A DNA stretch of 64,000 bases from the NCBI GenBank assembly GCA_964403725.1, contig CAYOHI010000003.1, positions 14,374-78,373 on the forward strand. Reading direction: 5' to 3'. The translations under genes and the position numbers were made by a program. This DNA is from an uncultured Candidatus Saccharibacteria bacterium (GTDB lineage Bacteria; Patescibacteriota; Minisyncoccia; Portnoybacterales; UBA2143). The notes below the pieces were generated by a model that was not told where the DNA came from, searched no databases, and was given only the letters and a program-made list of their open reading frames with translations. Positions 47,696-56,129 of the stretch are shown here, one piece after another. The first letter of the stretch is position 1. The number at the start of each line of letters is the position of its first letter.

Positions 47696-48436
47696 CTATT
47701 TAATCATACCATCTTGCCTAATTTTTTCATAGATAATGATGGCTGCGCTAACCCCGACATTAAGAGAATCGATTTCCCTATTCATTGGAATAGATATTTT
47801 TTTATCACAGCGGCTTGATACTTTTTCTGAAACGCCTTCTCCTTCAGCGCCCAGAACAAAAGCAGTCGGACCCGTGAAATCTTCTTTGAAATATGAATTG
47901 CCGCCCATCTGGAGAGAAACAGTCCTAACTCCATATTTTTTTAATTCTTTTAGAGACTCAAAAATACTCATCTTAACCAAAGGGATTCTGGCAATAGCGC
48001 CCATTGAGAAATGAAGGGTTTCGTCATTTAAGAAACGGTCTTGTTCACCTTGAAAAATTAAACCGTTTATGCCAGCAGCAAAGGCAGTCCTGGCAATCAC
48101 ACCAACATTACTGGTATACCCCACTCTGTTTATTAAGAGAAAAAACGGATCTTCATTTTTCTTTTCAAGATTATTTAAAATTTCCTTAAGCGGAAAGATA
48201 TTCTTAGGAACCATGTATGCTACTAAGCCTTCTCTGGTATTCCCGCTTCTTCCTTTGGCCATTTTGCGACGAAGCATTTTTTCAACAGGAATATTTTGGC
48301 TATGAGCGATAGATAAGATATCTCTTATCTGATTATCTTTTCTCAAATCATCTGCCAGAGTAATCCTTTCAAAATGAGCTTTATCTTTTAGAAGTTCTAG
48401 TAAAGCATTTTTATTTCTAACTTTTATTGTTTTCAT
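47696..48436 (-). CDS. TrmH/RlmB-family SPOUT RNA methyltransferase
   Basis: NVGVIARTA, VLGAEGEGVS, IPM...DSLNVGVS. Confidence 0.88.
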   Translation of the reverse strand: MKTIKVRNKNALLELLKDKAHFERITLADDLRKDNQIRDILSIAHSQNIPVEKMLRRKMAKGRSGNTREGLVAYMVPKNIFPLKEILNNLEKKNEDPFFLLINRVGYTSNVGVIARTAFAAGINGLIFQGEQDRFLNDETLHFSMGAIARIPLVKMSIFESLKELKKYGVRTVSLQMGGNSYFKEDFTGPTAFVLGAEGEGVSEKVSSRCDKKISIPMNREIDSLNVGVSAAIIIYEKIRQDGMIK

Positions 48437-48512
48437 ATATTTAATGTTATCATGAATGGGTTTGTTAGTCTATTTTGGATATGAAAAAACCGAAGGTTTA
48501 AATCAATAAGAT

Positions 48513-50675
48513 TCATTTTGTGAAATTCCTTATTCTTAAGCTATTGCCGATCACAGAAACGCTACTAAAGCTCATGGCAGCAGCTGCAATCATGGGACTA
48601 AGCAAACCAACAGCAGCTAGAGGAATAGCTATAATGTTATAGAAAAAAGCAAAAAATAGGTTTTGTTTGATTGTGGTAAAAGTTTTCTTAGATAAGTCAA
48701 TCGCTTGCACGATTTTTAAGGGATCCCCCTTCATCAAAACAATACTGCCAGCTTCAATAGCGATATCCGTACCACTGCCAACGGCCATGCCTAAATCAGC
48801 CTGAGCCAGAGCTGGCGCATCGTTTATTCCATCACCTACAAAGGCTACCGTCTTATTGCCTCGCTGTAGCTTTTTAATGGCATCTGCCTTCTGATCAGGC
48901 AATACACCAGCTACAATGTACTCAATTCCTAATTGCTCCCCAATGGCTTGGGCTGTCGTTTTATGATCTCCAGTAACCATATACACCGCAATTCCCTTTT
49001 GTCTCAATTGCGCTACAGCTTGAGCCGAGTTTCCACGCACAACGTCAGCCACACCGATAACCCCCTGAATTTGCTTGCCTCTGATAAAAAACATGGCTGT
49101 TTTGCCTTGGCTAGCATACTCATTAAATATACTTCTTTGAACTGAATTCAAATCAATGCCTTGGTCTTCAATTAACGCTCTATTACCTATCAAAATCTCC
49201 TCATTATTAATATATCCACTCAAACCTTTGCCAGATATAGCTTTGATATTTGTTGCATTTGTTAAGTTTAAATTATTGTCTTTGGCATATTTACTAAAAG
49301 CATTGGCTAATGAATGCTCGCTGTTCTTTTCTATAGAACAGGCCAATTCCATCATTTTCTTTTCAGATAAACTATCATTTAAGACCTGTATATCTGTAAT
49401 TTGAGGTTCGCCCTTAGTCAAAGTACCAGTCTTATCAAAAACTACTGTATCTATTTTATGAGCGGTTTCTAAGCTTTGAGATTCTTTAATCAATATCCCC
49501 TTTTCAGCGCCTTTGCCGCTGCTTACCATTATGGCTGTAGGCGTGGCAAGACCAAGAGCGCATGGACAAGCGATGACAAGCACTGCCACAGCGTTAACCA
49601 AGCTATTTTCAAATCCTCCGCTTCCAAATATTTGCCAAGCTAAAAATGTAGCTGTGGCAACAATCATAACAATGGGCACAAATATTCCAGCTACTTTGTC
49701 TGCTAATTTTTGGATAGGAGCCTTAGAACTTTGAGCGTCTTCTACTAATTTAATAATTTGGGCCAGTACTGTATCTTGGCCAATTTTAGTTACTTTGACT
49801 TTAATTGCGCCGTTATTGTTCATGGTTGCTCCATAAACAGTGTCACCCCGCCTTTTTTCTACAGGCATGCTTTCGCCCGTTAGCATAGATTCATCAATGG
49901 AAGTCTCACCTTCAATAATTCGGCCATCTAAAGGAATTTTTTCGCCAGGCTTAATCAATATGATGTCATCAATTTTTACCAAATCAATATCAATTTCTTG
50001 AATTTTGCCTTTTTTAATAACTCTAGCTTTTTTAGCAGCCAACGTTAGCAGCTTTTTAATAGCCATAGAAGCCCGGCCTTTGCTTTTTTCTTCCAAGTAT
50101 TTGCCAAGCAGTATTAAAGTAATTATGACTGCAGCTGTCTCATAATATATATGGGAGTTGTTAAGCATGGCGTATAAGCTATAGAAGTAAGCGGATAATG
50201 TGCCAATAGAAATTAAGGTATCCATATTGGCTTTAAATCTTTTAAGCTGCTTGAGCATACCAGAGTGAAATTGCCAGCCGATAATAAATACCACAATGAA
50301 GGTCAAATTATGCAAAATCCAATTTTTTACACTAACTCCTAAGAATTGCCTGGGCAGATCATATGAAATGAACATTGATGAAAAAACGGGAATTGTAATT
50401 ATTAACGCCCAGATAAATTTACGGAATGATTTATTGACCGTATCGTCTCCTTGTTCATCATTTGCCTTAACAATTTGATAATCTCCAGCTTTTGAAATTG
50501 CCTTTTGAATCTTGTCTTGGCTAGTTAGATTTTCATCAAATTCTAAATAGGCCTTACCTAAACCATAATTAACATTGGCGCTTTTCACGCCTTTTTCCTT
50601 TTTCAGGGCTTTTTCAATATTAATTGCACAAGCTGCACAGTGCATTCCCTTAATTTTAAAGTCTTTTTTTATCAT
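48513..50675 (-). CDS. copA: Copper-translocating P1B-type ATPase
   Basis: [41 protein letters not shown]. Confidence 0.93.
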   Translation of the reverse strand: MIKKDFKIKGMHCAACAINIEKALKKEKGVKSANVNYGLGKAYLEFDENLTSQDKIQKAISKAGDYQIVKANDEQGDDTVNKSFRKFIWALIITIPVFSSMFISYDLPRQFLGVSVKNWILHNLTFIVVFIIGWQFHSGMLKQLKRFKANMDTLISIGTLSAYFYSLYAMLNNSHIYYETAAVIITLILLGKYLEEKSKGRASMAIKKLLTLAAKKARVIKKGKIQEIDIDLVKIDDIILIKPGEKIPLDGRIIEGETSIDESMLTGESMPVEKRRGDTVYGATMNNNGAIKVKVTKIGQDTVLAQIIKLVEDAQSSKAPIQKLADKVAGIFVPIVMIVATATFLAWQIFGSGGFENSLVNAVAVLVIACPCALGLATPTAIMVSSGKGAEKGILIKESQSLETAHKIDTVVFDKTGTLTKGEPQITDIQVLNDSLSEKKMMELACSIEKNSEHSLANAFSKYAKDNNLNLTNATNIKAISGKGLSGYINNEEILIGNRALIEDQGIDLNSVQRSIFNEYASQGKTAMFFIRGKQIQGVIGVADVVRGNSAQAVAQLRQKGIAVYMVTGDHKTTAQAIGEQLGIEYIVAGVLPDQKADAIKKLQRGNKTVAFVGDGINDAPALAQADLGMAVGSGTDIAIEAGSIVLMKGDPLKIVQAIDLSKKTFTTIKQNLFFAFFYNIIAIPLAAVGLLSPMIAAAAMSFSSVSVIGNSLRIRNFTK

Positions 50676-50678
50676 ATA

Positions 50679-52094
50679 TTAATTGCTACATTCATTAATA
50701 ACACAATATTGAACTTCAGGCGGATCAGCTGATTCTCGGTTAATTGATCCATCTTCCGATTCTATAACAAACTTGCCCCAAACCATTTGCATCCAGCAAG
50801 AAAATTTAATTTCTCCAGTTCCTTTTGGTAAAAACTCAATAATATTTTCTCCTTTTGTTAATTCCTGTCTAATATCGTAGTCACTTAATAATATTTCATC
50901 TGTGCACCCTGTCATTTGCTTAACATTAATAATCCAACGCACAGGGATGCCTTGTCTAATGTGCAATACATTTGGGCTGTATCCTTTATATGAAAGCTCC
51001 ATATTTATTACCTGATACTCCATATCATCAGAAATCATATATTCTGACTGGCCAATCTGATCAGAGGCTGATATGCCCCGAAATCCATAACCAAAATTAA
51101 TTAATCCTCGATTAAACATGAATAAACCCAAGACTATTACTATAATGCCAGAAACTTTCATTATCTGCTTAATTCTGTGTTGGCTAATTAATGTTACAAA
51201 ACTTCCAAAACCAAACATTAATGGAACAGTTCCTAGGCCATAAATTCCCATAGACAAAGCACCGCTAATAATACTGCCTGAAGCAAGAGCGTATAGCTGC
51301 ATAGCTTGTAAAGGACCACATGGCATAAATCCATTTAAAAGTCCTATAACAAATGGTCCTTTGGGACTCTTGCTGTAACGCTGATTGTAAAGATAACGAG
51401 CAATAAAGGACGGCGTTCTTAATTTAATAATTTCCAACCATTTAAAATTAGTTACCAATGATAATCCTAGTAAAGCCATAAAAATGCCAGCTCCTATGGT
51501 AACTATGCCAGTAAATATGGAGTTAATTGCAAAAAAAGAGCCAAAACCACCTAAGATAGCGCCAATAACTGCATATGAAATTATTCTACCCAGATTATAT
51601 TGCCAGTGCCTAATATATTTACCATGGCATTTAGAGCTTTGGTTAACGCTATAGGCAACAACCAATCCTCCACACATACCAATACAATGAAATCCTGCTA
51701 ACAGGCCAATAACCAAGATTAACCAATAACTGATTTTCTGTTCATCTAATATTGAAAATATCTCAAGCAAACCATAATCACGAATTAACTGATAAGCAAT
51801 GATAAATAGGAAGATTAGGATCAAGCTAATTAGAATATTTCTGAATAAATGACCTGGTTTTCTCTTTTTTTGATTCGGCAAATCATGTTCCATTTCATAG
51901 CCAAGCTCTTTAACTCTTTTGGCAATATTTTTTTGACTAATCTTATCATCATCATACTCAATTTGAGCCTGTCCAGTTTGATGATTTACTTTAATGTGAT
52001 TGACGCCTTTAAGCGCGTCCAGTTCTGATTCCAAAAGTATTTTACAGCTTTTACAATAGATGCCTTGGATATGTCCTTTGATTTTTTTAAGCAT
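50679..52094 (-). CDS. HMA + DsbD_2/TauE-like membrane domain + cupredoxin fusion
   Basis: YCKSC; HCIGMCGG; NGFMPCGPL; C-terminal TGC...FSCWMQM. Confidence 0.85.
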   Translation of the reverse strand: MLKKIKGHIQGIYCKSCKILLESELDALKGVNHIKVNHQTGQAQIEYDDDKISQKNIAKRVKELGYEMEHDLPNQKKRKPGHLFRNILISLILIFLFIIAYQLIRDYGLLEIFSILDEQKISYWLILVIGLLAGFHCIGMCGGLVVAYSVNQSSKCHGKYIRHWQYNLGRIISYAVIGAILGGFGSFFAINSIFTGIVTIGAGIFMALLGLSLVTNFKWLEIIKLRTPSFIARYLYNQRYSKSPKGPFVIGLLNGFMPCGPLQAMQLYALASGSIISGALSMGIYGLGTVPLMFGFGSFVTLISQHRIKQIMKVSGIIVIVLGLFMFNRGLINFGYGFRGISASDQIGQSEYMISDDMEYQVINMELSYKGYSPNVLHIRQGIPVRWIINVKQMTGCTDEILLSDYDIRQELTKGENIIEFLPKGTGEIKFSCWMQMVWGKFVIESEDGSINRESADPPEVQYCVINECSN

Positions 52095-52096
52095 AA

Positions 52097-52417
52097 TTAA
52101 TTTAAATCCTTTTTCTTTTCTTCAAATTCTTTCTTATCTATCTCGCCCCTAACATAGCGCTTTTTTAAAATATCCAAAGCACTATTATTAACTTCTTCAT
52201 TCTTCGGGCCCACGGCCCATCTAATAATTAGAACCACTCCAATAATCAGCAAAGGCCAGAACAATATTGATGAAACGAATCCATGGCTTCCCATAAGAAA
52301 ATCCCCCATCATAGAATCCATGGCAAAATGATTGTTATTAGAATCACCGTGGGCCAATAATACTGACGGCAGGATCAAAAGAAAACCCAGAACTATGATT
52401 GATATTGTTATTTTCAT
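52097..52417 (-). CDS. SHOCT-domain membrane protein
   Basis: ALDILKKRYVRGEIDKKEFEE; His/Met-rich extracytoplasmic segment. Confidence 0.85.
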   Translation of the reverse strand: MKITISIIVLGFLLILPSVLLAHGDSNNNHFAMDSMMGDFLMGSHGFVSSILFWPLLIIGVVLIIRWAVGPKNEEVNNSALDILKKRYVRGEIDKKEFEEKKKDLN

Positions 52418-52422
52418 ATTTA

Positions 52423-52947
52423 CTAAAACAAGTCAGCTACCTGTTCAAGTTCTGACTCATTTATTATTATCTTTCCATTATCGACTTTCAAATTAGGGTT
52501 AATTGGCCCTGGATTGCAGCCGCCTTTTTCTGTGGCAATTTTTTCTAGTGGATATTTATTGCCACAAGTGGCACAAACCATGAAATTACCCTCTTGAGTA
52601 AAGCCCATTCTGGCACCATAGCAAACCTGACAAGCATTAGCCGCAGCCCGATAAACACCAGACCGATCTTTAACAACAAAGTAATAAATAGTCTTACCTG
52701 AAGACAGCTTAGTGTTATAGTATTGGACTATATTATCATCTAACTTGTCTGCAGATAGAACGACCTGGCCATTAGTCAACTCCACACTTTGTCCATTTTT
52801 ACCAGTAAATTCAACTTCACTAACTTGATCTTGTCTTTGGCCATTTGGTTCAGCTAACTTGCTATTACCGGTATTTTTTAACAAGATATAGCCGCCAGCC
52901 AAGATAATAATGCCAATTAGGATATAATTTACAGTTTTGCTATTCAT
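52423..52947 (-). CDS. DUF2318-family Fe-S/Rieske-like membrane-anchored protein
   Basis: ACQVC...G..Q.G....CATC....GGCNP. Confidence 0.85.
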   Translation of the reverse strand: MNSKTVNYILIGIIILAGGYILLKNTGNSKLAEPNGQRQDQVSEVEFTGKNGQSVELTNGQVVLSADKLDDNIVQYYNTKLSSGKTIYYFVVKDRSGVYRAAANACQVCYGARMGFTQEGNFMVCATCGNKYPLEKIATEKGGCNPGPINPNLKVDNGKIIINESELEQVADLF

Positions 52948-52956
52948 AGATTTCTA

Positions 52957-53229
52957 TTATTTATTTGCTAATTTGGTTACTTTTAAGATTTCTTGTATCA
53001 TCTCCTGCTTCCTTTTCTCGTTATTGGTTGACATTGCTTTCCTAAAACAATGATTGAGATGATTTTCCATTAACATTTGATGCGCTGACTTTAATAGCCC
53101 AATAGCAGCTAAGTTTTGCTGCATAATATCTATACAATACTCATTGTCATCTGACATTCTAATTAGTTTAGCTAGAAGACTCTGAGCTTTTTTAAAGTTT
53201 ATTGATGTTTTTTGTTTGTACTTTTCCAT
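52957..53229 (-). CDS. csoR: CsoR/RcnR-family metal-sensing repressor
   Basis: YCIDIMQQ..A...HLNHC (C-H-C Cu ligands); heads the copper operon. Confidence 0.85.
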   Translation of the reverse strand: MEKYKQKTSINFKKAQSLLAKLIRMSDDNEYCIDIMQQNLAAIGLLKSAHQMLMENHLNHCFRKAMSTNNEKRKQEMIQEILKVTKLANK

Positions 53230-53251
53230 AATTGTTTAAAGTTTATTTATT

Positions 53252-53276
53252 ATACCCTGACCATAGGTATAGGTAT
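53252..53276. promoter_or_regulatory. Putative CsoR operator
   Basis: ATACCC-TGACCATA-GGTAT-AGGTAT pseudo-palindrome between the TTGACA-N17-TAAAGT promoter and csoR. Confidence 0.55.
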
Positions 53277-53330
53277 ATACACTTTATCTCTTATAGAAAT
53301 TCTTGTCAAGCTCCCATCTCTTCTAAATAA

Positions 53331-53356
53331 AAAAACCGCCTAATACAGCGGTTTTT
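53331..53356 (-). terminator. Terminator after tRNA-Trp
   Basis: AAAAACCGC-N8-GCGGTTTTT. Confidence 0.7.
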
Positions 53357-53372
53357 CTATAAACATACTATA

Positions 53373-53447
53373 TGGCAGGCGCGGAGGGACTCGAACCCCC
53401 AGGATCGGTTTTGGAGACCGACCGTTTACCAGTTAACGGACGCGCCC
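53373..53447 (-). tRNA. tRNA-Trp(CCA)
   Basis: GGGCGCGTCCGTTAACTGGTAAACGG-TCGGT-CTCCAAA-ACCGA...GGTTCGAGTCC...CGCGCCTGCCA. Confidence 0.93.
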
Positions 53448-53450
53448 ATA

Positions 53451-53795
53451 TTACTCATTCCAGTCTCTTCTTGTAACTTTACCGTAATTTTTTAAAGCAA
53501 ATCCTTTGGGATGTCTTTTATTCAGTTTTTTTATATTCTCATCCATCACTTCCTGTAAATCCCATCCATAAGAATTGCAAATCATTGCCATATACCATAA
53601 GGTATCACCTAGGTTTTCCCGGGTACCTTTTCTTTCATCGCTTCCCCTACCATGGCCATGGGTCTTTTTGATGCATCCGGCAACATCGCCAGCTTCTCCA
53701 GCAATGCCTAATCCCCAGATGAGAATCTCCTTTTCTTTGTCCTTGTACTTCTTAGCAGTTCTTTTACAAAGTTTTTGGTATTCTCTTAAATCCAT
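53451..53795 (-). CDS. MazG-like nucleotide pyrophosphohydrolase
   Basis: LGIAGEAGDV, ENLGDTLWY, NIKKLNKR. Confidence 0.85.
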   Translation of the reverse strand: MDLREYQKLCKRTAKKYKDKEKEILIWGLGIAGEAGDVAGCIKKTHGHGRGSDERKGTRENLGDTLWYMAMICNSYGWDLQEVMDENIKKLNKRHPKGFALKNYGKVTRRDWNE

Positions 53796-53796
53796 A

Positions 53797-53955
53797 TTAC
53801 TTCTTCATTTCTTTATGAGGAGTATGTTTTTTGCACCATTTGCAAAACTTCTTCAGTTCTAATTTATCCTGAGTTGTTTTTTTGTTTTTACGAGACCAAT
53901 AATTGATTCTCTTGCATTCAGTGCATTGAAATTTTACTAAAAAATCTTGTGACAT
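53797..53955 (-). CDS. rpmG: 50S ribosomal protein L33 (zinc-binding type)
   Basis: Manual translation MSQDFLVKFQCTECKRINYWSRKNKKTTQDKLELKKFCKWCKKHTPHKEMKK; below the ORF-track cutoff. Confidence 0.96.
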   Translation of the reverse strand: MSQDFLVKFQCTECKRINYWSRKNKKTTQDKLELKKFCKWCKKHTPHKEMKK

Positions 53956-53979
53956 ATTTTTATCTTTCTTTTTACCTCC

Positions 53980-54261
53980 TGGAGCCGATGGTGAGAGTCG
54001 AACTCACGACCTACTCCTTCTCTTGCACCTCTATTTATTTAAATACATATTAGAGGAATAGACTGTATCTTAGACATATCTTTTTTAAGACTTAGTCTCC
54101 CTTGTCAGTCGTTCGAGCGCTTCAAATTGATTGGCGCTACGGTCTGAACCTTGTATCAGGCCTTTAACCGTAATTCGGGATTCAATTAGATGTTTCTATC
54201 TAAATGGGCAGAGATCGAGGAGATCTACCATGGAGGTGCTCTACCACTGAGCTACATCGGC
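53980..54261 (-). tRNA. tRNA-Thr(GGU), split by an intron (exon 1 54261-54227, exon 2 54019-53980)
   Basis: Joined exons GCCGATGTAGCTCAGTGGTAGAGCACCTCCATGGT^AAGGAGTAGGTCGTGAGTTCGACTCTCACCATCGGCTCCA form a full cloverleaf with CCA. Confidence 0.92.
54020..54226 (-). ncRNA. Group I self-splicing intron (207 nt, no ORF)
   Basis: Exon 1 ends in U and the intron ends in G; P4 TACGG/CCGTA, P3 TCCC/GGGA, P7 GACTG/CAGTC, J8/7 TAAGATA, P9 CCTCTA/TAGAGG. Confidence 0.88.
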
Positions 54262-54845
54262 TTATATATTGTTAACATTTCGTTTATTATATCTCTTAAC
54301 TTCTTATTACTATAATAAACAGTTAAAACACCATATTTTGATTTCTTTTTATAACTTCCTAAACCACGAGAAGGCGTCACTATTACTTTTTGGAATTGAT
54401 CTGATTTAACATTCAATCTATTTTTCCAAAATTTCAGCGCTTTATTCGGGTCTGTATCGCTAAAAATCTGTAATCCAAATCTTAATTTGCTAATTTGAAT
54501 ATTGCATATTTTCACAAGAAATTCAATAAATTTATTTATCAAGTCGGGATCACTATTACCAAGTCTAATTGAATCCTTATTTCTTTTTGTACCTTCACCC
54601 CAATAAAGACCCAATCCTAAACCCTTCAATTCTTTCTCTTGTGAAGTTAATCTATTTTTAATCTTAAACGGATCACCTTTTGGATTTCTTTTTATATAAG
54701 TAGCTTCACTTCTTGATCTCCTAGGAATACTGTATCTTCGCATCCAATAAGCAATCTTTGAATGACTTAAACCAGTCTTATCTGATATTTCTTTCATTGA
54801 TAAGCCATTACTATATAAATCTTCTAATTTTTCTTTATTTACCAT
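54252..54845 (-). CDS. HTH plus LAGLIDADG-like putative homing endonuclease
   Basis: N-terminal HTH (LY.NGLSMKEISDKTG.S..KI.YWM); LGLYWGEG helix followed by IRLGNSDPDLI..F. Confidence 0.65.
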   Translation of the reverse strand: MVNKEKLEDLYSNGLSMKEISDKTGLSHSKIAYWMRRYSIPRRSRSEATYIKRNPKGDPFKIKNRLTSQEKELKGLGLGLYWGEGTKRNKDSIRLGNSDPDLINKFIEFLVKICNIQISKLRFGLQIFSDTDPNKALKFWKNRLNVKSDQFQKVIVTPSRGLGSYKKKSKYGVLTVYYSNKKLRDIINEMLTIYKPM

Positions 54846-55167
54846 CCCTCAATGATTTCTTTTTTGTTTTCTTCTTAATAAAGCTCTTACCTACCATAAC
54901 TGATACTATTACAGAAAGCAAGGTTATGGCTAAGGAATAGAATATCTTATCAGATAAGAGATCTAAATCACCAAATAGTCTGATATATATTTCCTTTAAG
55001 GTGCTGTCCCAAGCTAGAGCTGTGACAATACCTAAAGAAGCAATAATCAGAGTGACTACTCTTCTTCTGAATTCATCTTCAACCTTATCAATCCTATAAT
55101 CCTTAAGGAATTCTTTAATATCCTTAACGCTGATTCTTAAATCTTTAATATTCTTTAAATTTTTCAT
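54835..55167 (-). CDS. Small 2-TM membrane protein (DUF5654-like)
   Basis: LIIASLGIVTALAWDSTLK; true start ATG 55167 (the longer ORF-track call overlaps tRNA-Tyr). Confidence 0.75.
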   Translation of the reverse strand: MKNLKNIKDLRISVKDIKEFLKDYRIDKVEDEFRRRVVTLIIASLGIVTALAWDSTLKEIYIRLFGDLDLLSDKIFYSLAITLLSVIVSVMVGKSFIKKKTKKKSLRDGK

Positions 55168-55171
55168 AATG

Positions 55172-55253
55172 TGGGCGGTGAGGGACTCGAACCCCCGTAG
55201 TCCGAAGACGTCAGGTTTACAGCCTGATGCAATTGCCGCTATGCGAACCGCCC
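55172..55253 (-). tRNA. tRNA-Tyr(GUA)
   Basis: GGGCGGTTCGCATAGCGGCAATTGCA-TCAGG-CTGTAAA-CCTGA, long variable arm GTC-TTCG-GAC, GGTTCGAGTCC, ACCGCCCA. Confidence 0.94.
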
Positions 55254-55259
55254 ATAGAA

Positions 55260-56039
55260 TCAAGAATTCTTATATTCCCAATTACTGATTAAACTAGCAT
55301 ATTTCTCTTCTAATTTCAAATAATCTTCTTTTAAGATTAACAAAAGATCTAAATCAGGATACTTTTTCCTAAATTCCCTATCTCTTCTTTTTGAATAATC
55401 ATTGAGGAAATTTTTAACTTCTACATAGAAATCATATTCTGGTAAATAAAAGTCTGGAGTATAGTTTTGAAAACCTAAGTCAAAAACCTTCGGCTGGTGT
55501 ATCCATTTAATTTTTAAAAAATCACATAATCGCGCTATATTTGCTTCCCATCTGCTATAAAAATATGTACTTTTATCTATGTCATTTCTAATACCAGCTT
55601 TACCTCTTGCTGCTTTTGGAGATGTAGGATTACCTCCAATTGTTTTCATAGCACAATCAACACTACAATATTTCCTATTCATCCAACGCTTCTCTAAAAA
55701 AGATTTCCCGCAATTAACACAAATTATTTCCTCTTTTGGTATTTTTTCAATCCCTTTATACGGATTTTCTCTTCCTTTTAGAGATTTTGATATTTTTAAC
55801 TTCGTTTCTTTTGATCTAGATCCTCTGTTTTTATTACTAACCTTTGCAGCACAACTATGACAACAATAAACCTTAGGATCACTAGGCTTTATTTCAAAAG
55901 AATTACTACAACCCTTTCTTTTACAAATTCTTTTCTCTTTCTTCAAATGAAAATTAAATATGCCTTTCTCCCAATTCTTTTTCATTAAAGAACTCTGTTT
56001 TTCTCTATACTCTTTTGACTTATAAAAGCTATAAGGCAT
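55260..56039 (-). CDS. Zn-finger/NUMOD3 plus PD-(D/E)xK putative endonuclease
   Basis: Two Cys clusters (CKRKGC..YCCHSC; CVNC..YCSVDC), SKETKLKISKSLKG, SRWE...YTPDFYL....YVEVK. Confidence 0.75.
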   Translation of the reverse strand: MPYSFYKSKEYREKQSSLMKKNWEKGIFNFHLKKEKRICKRKGCSNSFEIKPSDPKVYCCHSCAAKVSNKNRGSRSKETKLKISKSLKGRENPYKGIEKIPKEEIICVNCGKSFLEKRWMNRKYCSVDCAMKTIGGNPTSPKAARGKAGIRNDIDKSTYFYSRWEANIARLCDFLKIKWIHQPKVFDLGFQNYTPDFYLPEYDFYVEVKNFLNDYSKRRDREFRKKYPDLDLLLILKEDYLKLEEKYASLISNWEYKNS

Positions 56040-56052
56040 AGTCAACTTCTAG

Positions 56053-56126
56053 AGCCGAGGAGAGGATTCGAACCCCCAAAACCTTCGCTTTACAAAAGCG
56101 CTGCTCTACCGTTGAGCTACCTCGGC
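56053..56126 (-). tRNA. tRNA-Thr(UGU)
   Basis: GCCGAGGTAGCTCAACGGTAGAGCA-GCGCT-TTTGTAA-AGCGA-AGGTTTT-GGGGGTTCGAATCCTCT-CCTCGGCT. Confidence 0.92.
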
Positions 56127-56129
56127 TAA

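Noticed and set aside
48437-48512. att direct repeat bounding the copper operon (also sought for the tRNA-Lys block near 987-1077)
   Set aside because: No copy of a tRNA 3' end and no integrase were found, so neither block is called a mobile element.
55168-55263. N-terminal extension of ORF 54835..55263 (MILWAVRIAA...)
   Set aside because: It is a translation of tRNA-Tyr; the real start is ATG 55167.
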